Position numbers and translations under genes: made by a program. The notes below the pieces were generated by a model. The model worked only from the letters and a program-made list of their open reading frames with translations. It was not told the DNA's origin and made no database searches. A stretch of 64,000 nucleotides of DNA from a virus (Duplodnaviria > Caudoviricetes). The stretch is from positions 128,001 through 192,000 of IMG/VR virus record IMGVR_UViG_3300031994_000006, one strand, 5' to 3'. How positions within the stretch are numbered: the stretch's first letter is position 1; each line of letters opens with the position of its first letter. Below are positions 38,938 to 47,667 of this stretch, piece by piece.

Positions 38938-39642
38938 ATGATAAAATCAGTTCAATACTGTTTACATTGCGGTAAACCTTTGAATAAGACACAGAAAAAA
39001 TTCTGTTCAAGATCTTGTTCAGCATCATTTACGAATAAGGGAAAAATTCACTCAGAGTCAAGCAGACATAAATGCAGTGAATCTGTAAAACGTATCCGTA
39101 GGCATACTGAAAGAATCTGTAAAGTATGCGGATGTTCTTATTATTATGTCAAACATATATCCACTAAGATTTTCTGTTCTCATAAATGTTTTGAATATTA
39201 TAAATCACATAAGAATGAATTTCTTTCACCTGATTCAATCAGGCGGATGTCAGAAGGCGGACGGAAGAGCATGGATATACAAAAAGATTCCAGGAGATCC
39301 AGAAATGAAATAGAGTTCTGTTCATTATGTGAGGAAAAATTCGGTACAGCTGCAGTTTTGCATAATATACCTTACTTTAATGGATGGGATGCTGATGTTA
39401 TTATACCTGAATTAAAAATAGCGATATTATGGAATGGTGCCTGGCACTATAAACAGATATATGATAAAAGTTCATTGATTCAGATTAAGAATCGTGATAA
39501 CATAAAAATATCTGAAATCAAAAAAGCAGGATTTATTCCATATGTTATTAAGGATTTGGGAAAGGCAAATTCTGAATTTGTCAAAAATCAATTTAATATT
39601 TTTTGTAAATGGATTGATGACCTTTCAGAATCTGTGCATTAA
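38938..39642 (+). CDS. Free-standing putative homing endonuclease (Zn fingers plus DUF559/Vsr-like nuclease)
   Basis: CLHCGK..KKFCSRSC and CKVCG..FCSHKC; WDADVIIPELKIAILWNGAWHY; markedly AT-rich versus flanks. Confidence 0.7.
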   Translation: MIKSVQYCLHCGKPLNKTQKKFCSRSCSASFTNKGKIHSESSRHKCSESVKRIRRHTERICKVCGCSYYYVKHISTKIFCSHKCFEYYKSHKNEFLSPDSIRRMSEGGRKSMDIQKDSRRSRNEIEFCSLCEEKFGTAAVLHNIPYFNGWDADVIIPELKIAILWNGAWHYKQIYDKSSLIQIKNRDNIKISEIKKAGFIPYVIKDLGKANSEFVKNQFNIFCKWIDDLSESVH

Positions 39643-39657
39643 ATATATAAATAGTTT

Positions 39658-39668
39658 AGTTCTTTGAC
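39658..39668 (+). promoter_or_regulatory. boxA-like element, copy 2
   Basis: AGTTCTTTGAC. Confidence 0.6.
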
Positions 39669-39684
39669 TTATTGAAACCTATAT

Positions 39685-39769
39685 AGCGGGATGGTGTAGT
39701 TGGTAACACAACAGCCTCATAAGCTGTGGACAGATAATGCTTGCGCAGGTTCGAGTCCTGCTCCCGCAA
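39685..39769 (+). tRNA. tRNA-Met(CAT), initiator-like 1:72 mismatch, long variable region
   Basis: ACAGC-CTCATAA-GCTGT; AGCGGGA/TCCCGCA. Confidence 0.75.
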
Positions 39770-39781
39770 CATAATTAACAT

Positions 39782-39853
39782 CGCGGTGGTGGTAGCAATG
39801 GTAGCTCGCAAGACTCATAATCTTGAGACGTGGTTCGAATCCAACGACCGCAA
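39782..39853 (+). tRNA. tRNA-fMet-like (CAT), divergent
   Basis: CGCGG 5' end, CAAGA-CTCATAA-TCTTG, C1:A72. Confidence 0.65.
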
Positions 39854-39857
39854 CAAA

Positions 39858-39937
39858 GATTCGGCTATTGGTTGGATTACTTCTGTAAACTTCTTAACCA
39901 TGACATCCAGGAATTCATCCTTCCGTCTTTCCGAATT
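39858..39937 (+). ncRNA. Y-RNA-like element 7
   Basis: GATTCGG/CCGAATT stem; GGCTAT-N9-TACTTCT. Confidence 0.62.
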
Positions 39938-40032
39938 GTTCTTTCCGGGGATGACGACATGTACGGCAACCGGTTGCCGTGAAACAGGTCCGTCTGATGA
40001 CGTTTGTCCGGTGACGCATGTCCACCCGGGGT

Positions 40033-40130
40033 TTCCGGCTATCGGCCAGATTACTTCTATGCAGCGGGCGTTGACCGTCCGCGGCAGACCATCTTACACA
40101 GTCTTGTAACATCTGTCTGTATTTCCGGAG
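40033..40130 (+). ncRNA. Y-RNA-like element 8
   Basis: TTCCGG/CCGGAG stem; motif present. Confidence 0.62.
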
Positions 40131-40134
40131 TTTT

Positions 40135-40208
40135 GGGGTATTAGCTCAGTTGGCCAGAGCGCTTGCTTCGCATGCAAGAGGTCGACGGTTCGAATCCGTC
40201 ATGCTCCA
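40135..40208 (+). tRNA. tRNA-Ala(CGC)
   Basis: CTTGC-TTCGCAT-GCAAG; G3:U70. Confidence 0.92.
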
Positions 40209-40218
40209 CTTTGACGAA

Positions 40219-40353
40219 TGGCTATTGTACAGCATACTTCTCCAAAGTATGTTTCCAAGAGGCAGGTCGCGGGTTCGAATCCCGTCCGTCCCCAACGGGG
40301 ACGTAGCTCAGCGGTTCAGAGCGGCATCTATTACTGGGCTGTACGGCTTTCCA
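40219..40353 (+). ncRNA. YrlA-like RNA (element 9) with circularly permuted tRNA module
   Basis: Motif, then T-arm, capped acceptor CGTCCCC-AAC-GGGGACG, then D-arm TAGCTCAGCGGTTCAGAGC. Confidence 0.75.
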
Positions 40354-40368
40354 GGAGTCAAGGCAAAC

Positions 40369-40497
40369 ATATCCGGCTATTCGGGAGGATACTTCTGAGG
40401 GAATGTAGTGTCGCCGGTTCGAGCCCGGCTATTTCCGTGGGAAATATGGCGCAGGTGGTAGCGCATACGTGTATGGCCTGCTGGGGTTTCCGGATAT
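40369..40497 (+). ncRNA. YrlA-like RNA (element 10) with circularly permuted tRNA module
   Basis: ATATCCGG/CCGGATAT stem; T-arm, TATTTCC-GTG-GGAAATA, D-arm TGGCGCAGGTGGTAGCGC. Confidence 0.75.
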
Positions 40498-40513
40498 TTC
40501 AAACTGTATTGAT

Positions 40514-40696
40514 ATGGATAAAGGCGCGATTGAGAGGGTCAATGAGATCAAGATGCTTCCGATGTACTTCGTGACGATGATCTCGGCCGACGTTCTTACA
40601 TCTGTAGAGGTCTGTGACAGGAATGAGAAGGACCTGCTGGAGACACTGGAGGAGATGCCGAAGACGGATCTCCCGGATGAGGAGAAATCCAAATAG
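40514..40696 (+). CDS. Hypothetical protein
   Basis: MDKGAIERV..., 60 aa. Confidence 0.55.
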   Translation: MDKGAIERVNEIKMLPMYFVTMISADVLTSVEVCDRNEKDLLETLEEMPKTDLPDEEKSK

Positions 40697-40977
40697 ATTG
40701 AAATGGGCAAGCGGGGCCTGAAGATCATCAGGCGCGATCGTAAGGATCTCAGGAAGGCCGGGAGGCTGACCGAGCCGCCGGAGCCCGAAGATATTGACGC
40801 CTCCGCCGGTCATGAACGCCGGAGGATCGAATAAGCCGCAGGTTCCAGCCCTGCGGACCCGGAACGTGAGCCGGGACACGGTTGCGAACAGGTTTTCCGT
40901 GTACTTGAGAGGCTGATGCGGGGCCCACTGAGGGATGAGATGCCCCATAACCCGCAGAAACCTTTTCATCCTTATCT

Positions 40978-41423
40978 GGGCTTGTATTTGGGTTTGACGG
41001 GCGGAATGATAAGGAGGACATGCAGGAAGGCAGTTTCCATAAAGGCAAAGCCAATAACCGGCAACAAGAAAGCAAAGGTCGTCAAGATGACGGCAGCTCG
41101 CGCGACCATGAAGATGGCTGCTTAATCCGATAGGATTCAAGTTTCGCGCCTGGGATTGCAGGGGATCCCAAGGGACATAAGGGCGAGCCTTCGGGCAGCC
41201 TGCCCCCGCCGACGAGGTCTGGACGGCATCCCTTACCGCAAAGCCGTAACCTGGTGGAACAGTTGACCTCCGGTCAGCCCCTCAGCGGAAGATCCTCCGG
41301 GATCGTTTGACCGCACAGGAGAAGAATACTCCTGAGGCCTCCGGGCCTGAACAAATTGAAAAGCATGTACAATCCTCTGATGCTGAACGTTCGGACGGGG
41401 GTTCGAATCCCCCCAGGTCCACC
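40978..41423 (+). ncRNA. ssrA: tmRNA
   Basis: 5' GGGCTTG...TTTGAC pairs with 3' CAGGTCC-ACC (G3:U); GACGGGGGTTCGAATCCCCC T-arm; tag frame GNKKAKVVKMTAARATMKMAA* after ATAACC. Confidence 0.9.
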
Positions 41424-41587
41424 CTGAAAGCGGTCCAATAGTCGGATCGTTTTTTATTATGACATGAGAAGAACCTGTCATAATAAATAATATGACCAAC
41501 CTGGCAAGGCATGCCTCAGGGCATGTACAGGTCCTCCGGACAGGGGGACCTTTTTTTATTTCCGCGTAAAAAGATATATAGATTGTT

Positions 41588-41815
41588 ATGAAACTGATTC
41601 AGCAGAGAATCGTCAGATATACCGACGAATCGGGCACTGACTGGTTTGCGTCGCAGTATATGACCGGTGGAACCTATAAATTCCGCACAGGGGAATGGTT
41701 CCGGACCGAGGACGAGGCGAAATCCACGCTGATCTCACCCTGTCTGCTTAAGCCGTTGAAGACGGTTACCAGAGAATATCTTGACATCTGCGGGGTATAC
41801 ATACCTTCCGCTTAA
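41588..41815 (+). CDS. Hypothetical protein
   Basis: 75 aa ORF. Confidence 0.55.
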   Translation: MKLIQQRIVRYTDESGTDWFASQYMTGGTYKFRTGEWFRTEDEAKSTLISPCLLKPLKTVTREYLDICGVYIPSA

Positions 41816-41834
41816 TTTTTAAATAAAGACGAAT

Positions 41835-43151
41835 ATGAAAAAGTTTATTTTCTTTGCGGTGGCGCTTCTGTCTGTCCTGGTCTGGTCCTGTACCAGCCAT
41901 GATATCGATACGCCCGACTGGTCCGCTCAGCAGAAGGCGGGCTATGCGAATGACTTCAACACTGCCTTTGGCGTCAGCGCGGCTGACTATGCCAATCACC
42001 AGTGGGGAACCGACATCATCCCGATGATTGATATCACCGGTACCTCTCAGGCCCGTACCCGTGCGGCGGATCCGAAAGGCAACGAATGGGCGGCCAACGG
42101 CTATACCGTGCCCGGAGCCATCACGGCATCTGAACTCGAGGATGTCCTTGAGGTATTCAACAAGAAGGGCGATGCCACCTATACCTCACTGGTGGACTGG
42201 GACTGCTTCTTTGTGCAGCAGGTATACAAGGGCACCGCCAAGTATACGAATCACGCAGGCGGTCAGGTGACCGGTTCCGAACATATGGACTGGCTCTGCA
42301 CCGTTACCAACAAGCATGTGGAGGTCGTCAGCTGGTGGCCCTATGAGGAGAAGATTACCATCGGCGCTGACTATGATGATCATATCAATAACTTCAACAA
42401 CGGCAACTGCGGCGCATGGGACGGCCTGATGCTCATGGTCAATACGAATTCCAATAAGTTCGGATTCAAGAGCTCTGAGGACAACGGACATGTGTTCTAC
42501 AACTTCCGCATGGAGAAGATCAAAGGCAATTACTATGTCGGATTCGACTTTGAGGCCGCGGGCGCCAATCCCAACGAGCAGGTCGACCGTGACTTCATCT
42601 ATAATGACTGGATTGTGAAGATCGTGCCGGGTAAGGGCGTCACGCCTCCTCATCCCGACGTGGACCGCGTCCGTATCATGTGTGAGGACCTCGGTACAGC
42701 TCATTCGGACTTCGACTATAACGACGTCGTGTTCGATATCAAGTTCATCAAGAACGGCAGCACTGTTACGGCCGATATCGTACTGCAGGCCGCAGGCGGC
42801 ACGCTGCCCCTGACCGTAGGTGGATATGAGGTTCATGAACTGTTCGATGTCGCCGTCACGGATATGGTGAATACCGGCGCAGGTCCCCAGCGCGATCCCG
42901 TGCCCTTCACTGTGACGATGCCCCGCTCTGACTATGCGACCGCATGGGAGGCCATCAATGACCTGCCTGTCATCGTGCTCTACAGAGCGTCCGCTCCCAT
43001 CACGCTTACCGTATCCCCGGGTACCCCAGCCGAGATGATTGCGGTGCCTTCTACGACCGCATGGCCCGGTGAGCGTCAGTCAATACGCAACAGGTATCCC
43101 GCGTTCGTCGACTGGATCAGCGATTCCACGGTGCAGTGGTGGAACGAGTAG
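41835..43151 (+). CDS. Bacteroidota-type lipoprotein with DUF4842/LruC-like C-terminal domain
   Basis: VWS-C lipobox, ARTRA propeptide-like motif, CEDLGTAHSDFDYNDVVFD. Confidence 0.75.
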   Translation: MKKFIFFAVALLSVLVWSCTSHDIDTPDWSAQQKAGYANDFNTAFGVSAADYANHQWGTDIIPMIDITGTSQARTRAADPKGNEWAANGYTVPGAITASELEDVLEVFNKKGDATYTSLVDWDCFFVQQVYKGTAKYTNHAGGQVTGSEHMDWLCTVTNKHVEVVSWWPYEEKITIGADYDDHINNFNNGNCGAWDGLMLMVNTNSNKFGFKSSEDNGHVFYNFRMEKIKGNYYVGFDFEAAGANPNEQVDRDFIYNDWIVKIVPGKGVTPPHPDVDRVRIMCEDLGTAHSDFDYNDVVFDIKFIKNGSTVTADIVLQAAGGTLPLTVGGYEVHELFDVAVTDMVNTGAGPQRDPVPFTVTMPRSDYATAWEAINDLPVIVLYRASAPITLTVSPGTPAEMIAVPSTTAWPGERQSIRNRYPAFVDWISDSTVQWWNE

Positions 43152-43170
43152 CATACAGCTGACAAATATG

Positions 43171-43198
43171 AAAAGGCCGCAGGAATGCGGCCTTTTTT
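43171..43198 (+). terminator. Intrinsic terminator
   Basis: AAAAGGCCGCA-GGAA-TGCGGCCTTTTTT. Confidence 0.8.
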
Positions 43199-43245
43199 GT
43201 TTCTGTGCGTTATATGTTTATGAAAATATCAAGTAATACTGGCGC

Positions 43246-43893
43246 ATGATTATATGCGGATATGCCGGAATCGGCAAGAGCTGGCTCGGTCATAACATGC
43301 CGGGCGTCATGGATCTGGAGTCCACGCCCTTTCAGAAGGACTGGGCGACATACTGCAGGTGCGCCATGCACTATCACAGCCAGGGCTATCTCGTCCTGTT
43401 GTCGTGCCACAGGGAGATCAGGGAGGCCGTGCACAAGGCCATTCATATGTGCTACTTCGACGAGGTGACGTTCATGCCGGATCCCGGTGACAAGGAGCTG
43501 TACATGAAGAAGTACGAGGAGCGCGGCAACACGCCGGAGTTCATCAGGATGCAGTCTGAGAACTGGGATAGGTGGCTTGACGAGCGGTCACAGGGGATCA
43601 TCGCCGAGCATTGGGAGTACCTCAGGCCGGGTGAGAACCTGTACCAGGGTATACTCAGGCTGTCGGATCCCAATTACGCATGGAAATACTGCGCGGCTGA
43701 TCCGTATTGCGTCGAGATGCCGCCCGTATGCCCGGCAATCGGCAACTGCTATAACCCGTTCAGGGACATAGTCGCCAGATGGCCCCAGGACGAGCTCCGG
43801 AAGGCCTGGGCTGACAATGCCAAGGAAAACGGCTGGAAACGCTCTGGTGAGACCGTAAGGCCTGTTAAGGAAGGCTATGGGAAATATGATTGA
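43246..43893 (+). CDS. P-loop NTPase/kinase-like protein
   Basis: IICGYAGIGKS Walker A; DLES. Confidence 0.7.
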   Translation: MIICGYAGIGKSWLGHNMPGVMDLESTPFQKDWATYCRCAMHYHSQGYLVLLSCHREIREAVHKAIHMCYFDEVTFMPDPGDKELYMKKYEERGNTPEFIRMQSENWDRWLDERSQGIIAEHWEYLRPGENLYQGILRLSDPNYAWKYCAADPYCVEMPPVCPAIGNCYNPFRDIVARWPQDELRKAWADNAKENGWKRSGETVRPVKEGYGKYD

Positions 43894-44272
43894 GAACATA
43901 AACATCGGTATCATTAAGGACGGCGTCACGAAGGCCGGCAATGTCTGTGTCGCCGACGTCGCCGGCCGCGAGGTCAGGGTCTGCTATGTCAGCTGGCCGA
44001 TACCGAAGAATGATCACGGGAAGGACTCGAACTATTCGGTCCCGTCATGGGCCGCAAGTCACCGGCAAGGCCCGGCGGATTTCCTCGCGTTCCAGCTCGG
44101 ACGGTGTGAGACGGCCGTCAAGGTCATTCCGGTCAGGGAGGTGTCGAGGATGACTGTCTCGTTCAATGCGGACTACGGTCTCCTGCCGGTATCGTCGGTT
44201 TTCGGATGGACCGACAGGCCCGTACCGCTTGAGAAGCTGCCGCCGGGTCCCGTACAGAGAAAACTTCTATAA
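43886..44272 (+). CDS. Hypothetical protein
   Basis: ORF overlapping upstream stop. Confidence 0.55.
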   Translation: MIENINIGIIKDGVTKAGNVCVADVAGREVRVCYVSWPIPKNDHGKDSNYSVPSWAASHRQGPADFLAFQLGRCETAVKVIPVREVSRMTVSFNADYGLLPVSSVFGWTDRPVPLEKLPPGPVQRKLL

Positions 44273-44284
44273 ACAGCTTGAGAT

Positions 44285-44602
44285 ATGAATACAGTGAGTG
44301 AAATAAGGAACGGAAACCCCAATAAGGTGAACTACCGTTACAACTATGCCATCGAGTATACCGATGAGACGAAGGACTGCGGCAGCAGGACCGTGTTGTC
44401 CGACAGGATGGAGGACGTCACGGAGGACGTCAGGAAGTTCATCCGTGATACCGTTGAGGATTTCAACAAGACTCCCCATGATACGCTCGGTATTATCGAT
44501 ATCCGTGTATACGGCCTGTGCCGTACGGAGTACCCTCAGTTTGATCAGCAGGATTTCCATGAGAATGTCATAGTGCCGGCCTTAAAGGATGCCCTGAAAT
44601 GA
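44285..44602 (+). CDS. Hypothetical protein
   Basis: 105 aa ORF. Confidence 0.65.
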   Translation: MNTVSEIRNGNPNKVNYRYNYAIEYTDETKDCGSRTVLSDRMEDVTEDVRKFIRDTVEDFNKTPHDTLGIIDIRVYGLCRTEYPQFDQQDFHENVIVPALKDALK

Positions 44603-45129
44603 AAAAGGACAGGGTTGTAAAGGCCTCGGCCGTCATGGCCCTTCAGAAGGATGCCGTCCGGACCGTAATTACGGTCCGGTCAGGCGATGTCATGGAGGTC
44701 GCCGACAAGGCGGTCGCCGATCTTACCAGGGATATTGACAGGTATCCTGAGATAATATGCAATGAGCTTATCAGGAATATTCTTCTCATGGCCGAGCACG
44801 GCGACTATTACATGAACTATGATACCGACAGGCTGTATGAGCTGCTTCCCGGATGGGATAAGGCCGAGCCGTCTGAGAAGAACGCGATAATCCGCAAGGT
44901 TGTGATCATGATGCTTGACGCGGGTTATATGATCAAGCCGTGCTATCTGTTCGGCGACGTGCTCTGGCACCTGGAGATCTCATGGTCGGACGATATGAGA
45001 AAGAAGGCTAACAGGAAGGCTGATAAGATACACAGAAACGAGCGCCGCCGTGAGTCTGTCAGGAAATTCTTCAGGGGTATCGCGGAATTCATGAGATGCG
45101 GTCTTTCATCGGAATACAGGAACCTATGA
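44599..45129 (+). CDS. Hypothetical protein
   Basis: 176 aa; resembles next ORF (IxxxAxxG...GY...EISW/EIWW). Confidence 0.65.
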   Translation: MKKDRVVKASAVMALQKDAVRTVITVRSGDVMEVADKAVADLTRDIDRYPEIICNELIRNILLMAEHGDYYMNYDTDRLYELLPGWDKAEPSEKNAIIRKVVIMMLDAGYMIKPCYLFGDVLWHLEISWSDDMRKKANRKADKIHRNERRRESVRKFFRGIAEFMRCGLSSEYRNL

Positions 45130-45533
45130 AAAAGGACAGGAAGGTTACATGGACGCAGGTGTCGAACTGCAGCTTCAGATGCCCTGGCTGCTGCGAGATC
45201 TCGAATGCTTTCATAAAGACACTGGATGCCGAATGGGCTAAGTTCAGGGCGGACGAGGAAAGGAAACGGCAGTTTGAGTGCGTGCCTGATGTCGCGGTGA
45301 TTATCGAGAAGATGATTCCTGAAATGGACGAAAGGATAAAGCAGGCCGCGGACTGCGGCAATTACAGGACGACGCTCTACCTGGATCATCTGGACAGGCA
45401 TCTTGAGTACTATAAGGCCAAATACAGTCCTGATGAGATATACAGCGAATTGCGTAAATATTATAAGTCTCGCGGATATAAGATGGATTCGGACATGAAT
45501 CATGTACTCGGCTTCGAAATCTGGTGGAAATAA
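45126..45533 (+). CDS. Hypothetical protein, paralogue of upstream ORF
   Basis: Both start MKKDR; similar C-terminal pattern. Confidence 0.65.
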   Translation: MKKDRKVTWTQVSNCSFRCPGCCEISNAFIKTLDAEWAKFRADEERKRQFECVPDVAVIIEKMIPEMDERIKQAADCGNYRTTLYLDHLDRHLEYYKAKYSPDEIYSELRKYYKSRGYKMDSDMNHVLGFEIWWK

Positions 45534-45627
45534 TGCAAAAAAACGTTAAAAAGATAAATAAAAGGAGTTTTTTAAAGGATTCGGCGTCAGTACCGGCGTT
45601 AAATAGACAGAACAAAGCAAAGAAGAT

Positions 45628-45744
45628 ATGAGATCGTTGTTACAAAAATCATTCAGCTCAAAGTGCCTCCTTAAGGGCATTCAGAGTATGTCGCAGTTTA
45701 CCTGCTGGCATATTCAGCTGGATAATATGTACACGGTCGAGTAG
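45628..45744 (+). CDS. tRNA cluster 2 leader peptide (38 aa, MRSLLQKSFSSKCLLKGIQSMSQFTCWHIQLDNMYTVE)
   Basis: ATG 45628 to TAG 45744; 30 of the first 31 codons are read by tRNAs of cluster 45889-50681. Confidence 0.82.
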   Translation: MRSLLQKSFSSKCLLKGIQSMSQFTCWHIQLDNMYTVE

Positions 45745-45881
45745 CGAATCAGGAGTTCAGAGACTGTGTATGAATCCGGGAGAAAACGGAAAGACGCAGT
45801 CAAGTAAAGGAACCCAATCACAAAGTTTCCATAATTTCCAAGGGACTGCGTAATCGAAAGAGGACGCAGTCCTGTTCTTTT
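45730..45881 (+). terminator. Attenuator 2: five alternately pairing segments ending in an intrinsic terminator
   Basis: TACACGGTC 45730 / GACTGTGTA 45762 / ACGCAGTC 45794 / GGGACTGCGT 45842 / ACGCAGTCCT 45864 + GTTCTTTT. Confidence 0.82.
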
Positions 45882-45888
45882 ATACATC

Positions 45889-45965
45889 GGGGGAGTAGCT
45901 CAGTAGGTAGAGCGCCGGACTGAAAATCCGGGTCGTTAGCGGCGGTTCGATTCCGCCCTCCCCCA
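45889..45965 (+). tRNA. tRNA-Phe(GAA)
   Basis: CCGGA-CTGAAAA-TCCGG. Confidence 0.9.
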
Positions 45966-45970
45966 CTGAG

Positions 45971-45983
45971 AGTTCTTTGACAT
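45971..45983 (+). promoter_or_regulatory. boxA-like element, copy 3
   Basis: AGTTCTTTGACAT. Confidence 0.65.
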
Positions 45984-46025
45984 GTTGGCACAGCTGAATG
46001 AACGGACGGAAGGCCGTCCGTATAT

Positions 46026-46101
46026 TGGGAGATAGTTTAGCAGGTTAAAATTTCGGTCTGATACACCGGCGTCCCGGGTTCGAATCCCGGCCTCCCAACC
46101 A
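46026..46101 (+). tRNA. tRNA-Ile(GAT)
   Basis: TCGGT-CTGATAC-ACCGG; encoded CCA. Confidence 0.82.
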
Positions 46102-46172
46102 AAACTAAATCATATTTGATCTATGGATAAACGTGATGACAAATCCGGTAAACGGATTACACCAGTCTAACA

Positions 46173-46263
46173 GCCTCCATCGTATATCGGTAAGTGTCTG
46201 GAGACAGGCGGATTACTTCGGTCTTTTAAACCGACAAGCAGGGTTCGACTCCCTGTGGGGGCA
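46173..46263 (+). tRNA. tRNA-Lys(TTT) with hairpin inserted in D-loop
   Basis: GCCTCCA/TGGGGGC acceptor; TCGGT-CTTTTAA-ACCGA; GTCTG-GAGA-CAGGC insert. Confidence 0.75.
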
Positions 46264-46420
46264 CGATCAGTCAGGCCTGCGGCATAGGCGCCCAATTTGC
46301 CGTAGGAGGACTGTGTAGTTGCGTAACGGCTTACACCAAACGTACGGGATACTTAGGGTCCGTGCGGAGCCCGGGTGGCGAAAAAATTCCCGCGCCGTGC
46401 CGAGCGATAGCGGCACATTC

Positions 46421-46494
46421 GCTCCGTTAGCTCAGTTGGTTAGAGTAGGTGTCTCTTAAACATCGGGTCCAGGGTTCGAATCCCTGCCGGAGCA
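46421..46494 (+). tRNA. tRNA-Lys(CTT)
   Basis: GGTGT-CTCTTAA-ACATC. Confidence 0.9.
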
Positions 46495-46562
46495 CTTTCG
46501 TTCAGTGAATCGCCTCCGTTCAGTAATTGCTGAACGGAGCGGTTTTACTGAACGCCTTATAT

Positions 46563-46634
46563 TGGGGTATAGTATATCGGTTATTATTTCGGATTCTGGT
46601 CCCGAAGAGCTCTGTTCGACTCAGAGTGCCCCAA
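46563..46634 (+). tRNA. tRNA-Gln(CTG)
   Basis: TGGGGTA/TGCCCCA; loop TTCTGGT. Confidence 0.8.
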
Positions 46635-46640
46635 CGACAC

Positions 46641-46711
46641 TGCCCTGTGGTGTAACGGCGGCACATCAGCTTTTGGATCTGACAGACCGGGTTCGACTCC
46701 CGGCGGGGCTG
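46641..46711 (+). tRNA. tRNA-Gln(TTG)
   Basis: TCAGC-TTTTGGA-TCTGA. Confidence 0.8.
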
Positions 46712-46740
46712 CGATACATAGGGAAATTTATTTGTAATAT

Positions 46741-47571
46741 ATGGATTTTGATTTCGACAGCCCCAGGAATGGAAGACAGATTGTCAATGAGGTATTCGAG
46801 ACCTTTTACGGTAATCCTGTAAGAACCTGTTATAGAATTTCAAGGATTGACAGATCTAAATGGACACGTCTTGACTACGCACTTGAACGATATAATAATT
46901 ATTTGTCAAAATATAATACGGTTTCATTCCAAGGTGATATTGACCGCGGTATATTACAGGAAGGACTTGTCCTTTCATATCCGGTAAAGAAAGTCATGGA
47001 TGAAATCAGGAAATGTATGGAGTCTGACGGTAATATAATAGAGGCTTTAGCTGAATCTGAATCAGTTATAAAGATTCTTGTGGCTAAGGGATTTACCGAT
47101 AATGTCAAGGAATCTCTGAAATCTTTGATAGATTTATGTGGATGGCATCTGACAGGCAGCGGTGAATATTCCAAAGGACTTGATGTCATATATTATGAGT
47201 CAAAATTTCCGGCGGATATTACGGATCTGATATATTCAAAATATAAAAAACTCTATCATATAACGCCTGCCCGGAATTTCAGGTCGATTGAGAAGAAGGG
47301 ACTGATACCGAGATCCTATAACAAGAGATCGGACTATCCGGACCGTGTGTATTTCCTGAAGACTGATAATGCGGCAGAGTATGAAAACCTCGCGAAATCG
47401 TCGAATCCGGATATTCATGAATGGTCGCTCCTTGAAATAGACATCTCAAAGGAACCCGTCACCGGACGCCGGTACAGATTCTATAATGATCCGTTTACGA
47501 ACAATGCAGTTTTCACATATGACAATATTCATCCCGGACTTGTAACCCTTAAGAGGACTTTCCGGGTATGA
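46741..47571 (+). CDS. Protein with C-terminal ADP-ribosyltransferase/Tpt1-like fold
   Basis: LYHITP...SIEKKGLIPR...DRVYF...LLEID...FTYDNIHP; AT-rich insert within tRNA cluster. Confidence 0.55.
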   Translation: MDFDFDSPRNGRQIVNEVFETFYGNPVRTCYRISRIDRSKWTRLDYALERYNNYLSKYNTVSFQGDIDRGILQEGLVLSYPVKKVMDEIRKCMESDGNIIEALAESESVIKILVAKGFTDNVKESLKSLIDLCGWHLTGSGEYSKGLDVIYYESKFPADITDLIYSKYKKLYHITPARNFRSIEKKGLIPRSYNKRSDYPDRVYFLKTDNAAEYENLAKSSNPDIHEWSLLEIDISKEPVTGRRYRFYNDPFTNNAVFTYDNIHPGLVTLKRTFRV

Positions 47572-47589
47572 TGCGTTTAATTTTAACAT

Positions 47590-47661
47590 GGGGGTCTTAG
47601 TTTAACGGTAGAATGACAGATTGTGGCTCTGCAGACGTAGGTTCGACTCCTACATTCCCCC
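47590..47661 (+). tRNA. tRNA-His(GTG)
   Basis: CAGA-TTGTGGC-TCTG; G-1 and C73. Confidence 0.8.
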
Positions 47662-47667
47662 CTTTAC

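Noticed and set aside
40916-41125. 69-aa CDS from the ORF track
   Set aside because: It is the tmRNA tag frame extended upstream.
45742-45807. TAG read-through of leader 2 as the regulatory signal
   Set aside because: The frame continues to a TAA, but there is no suppressor tRNA and the Z:A:B:C:D model explains the structure without read-through.
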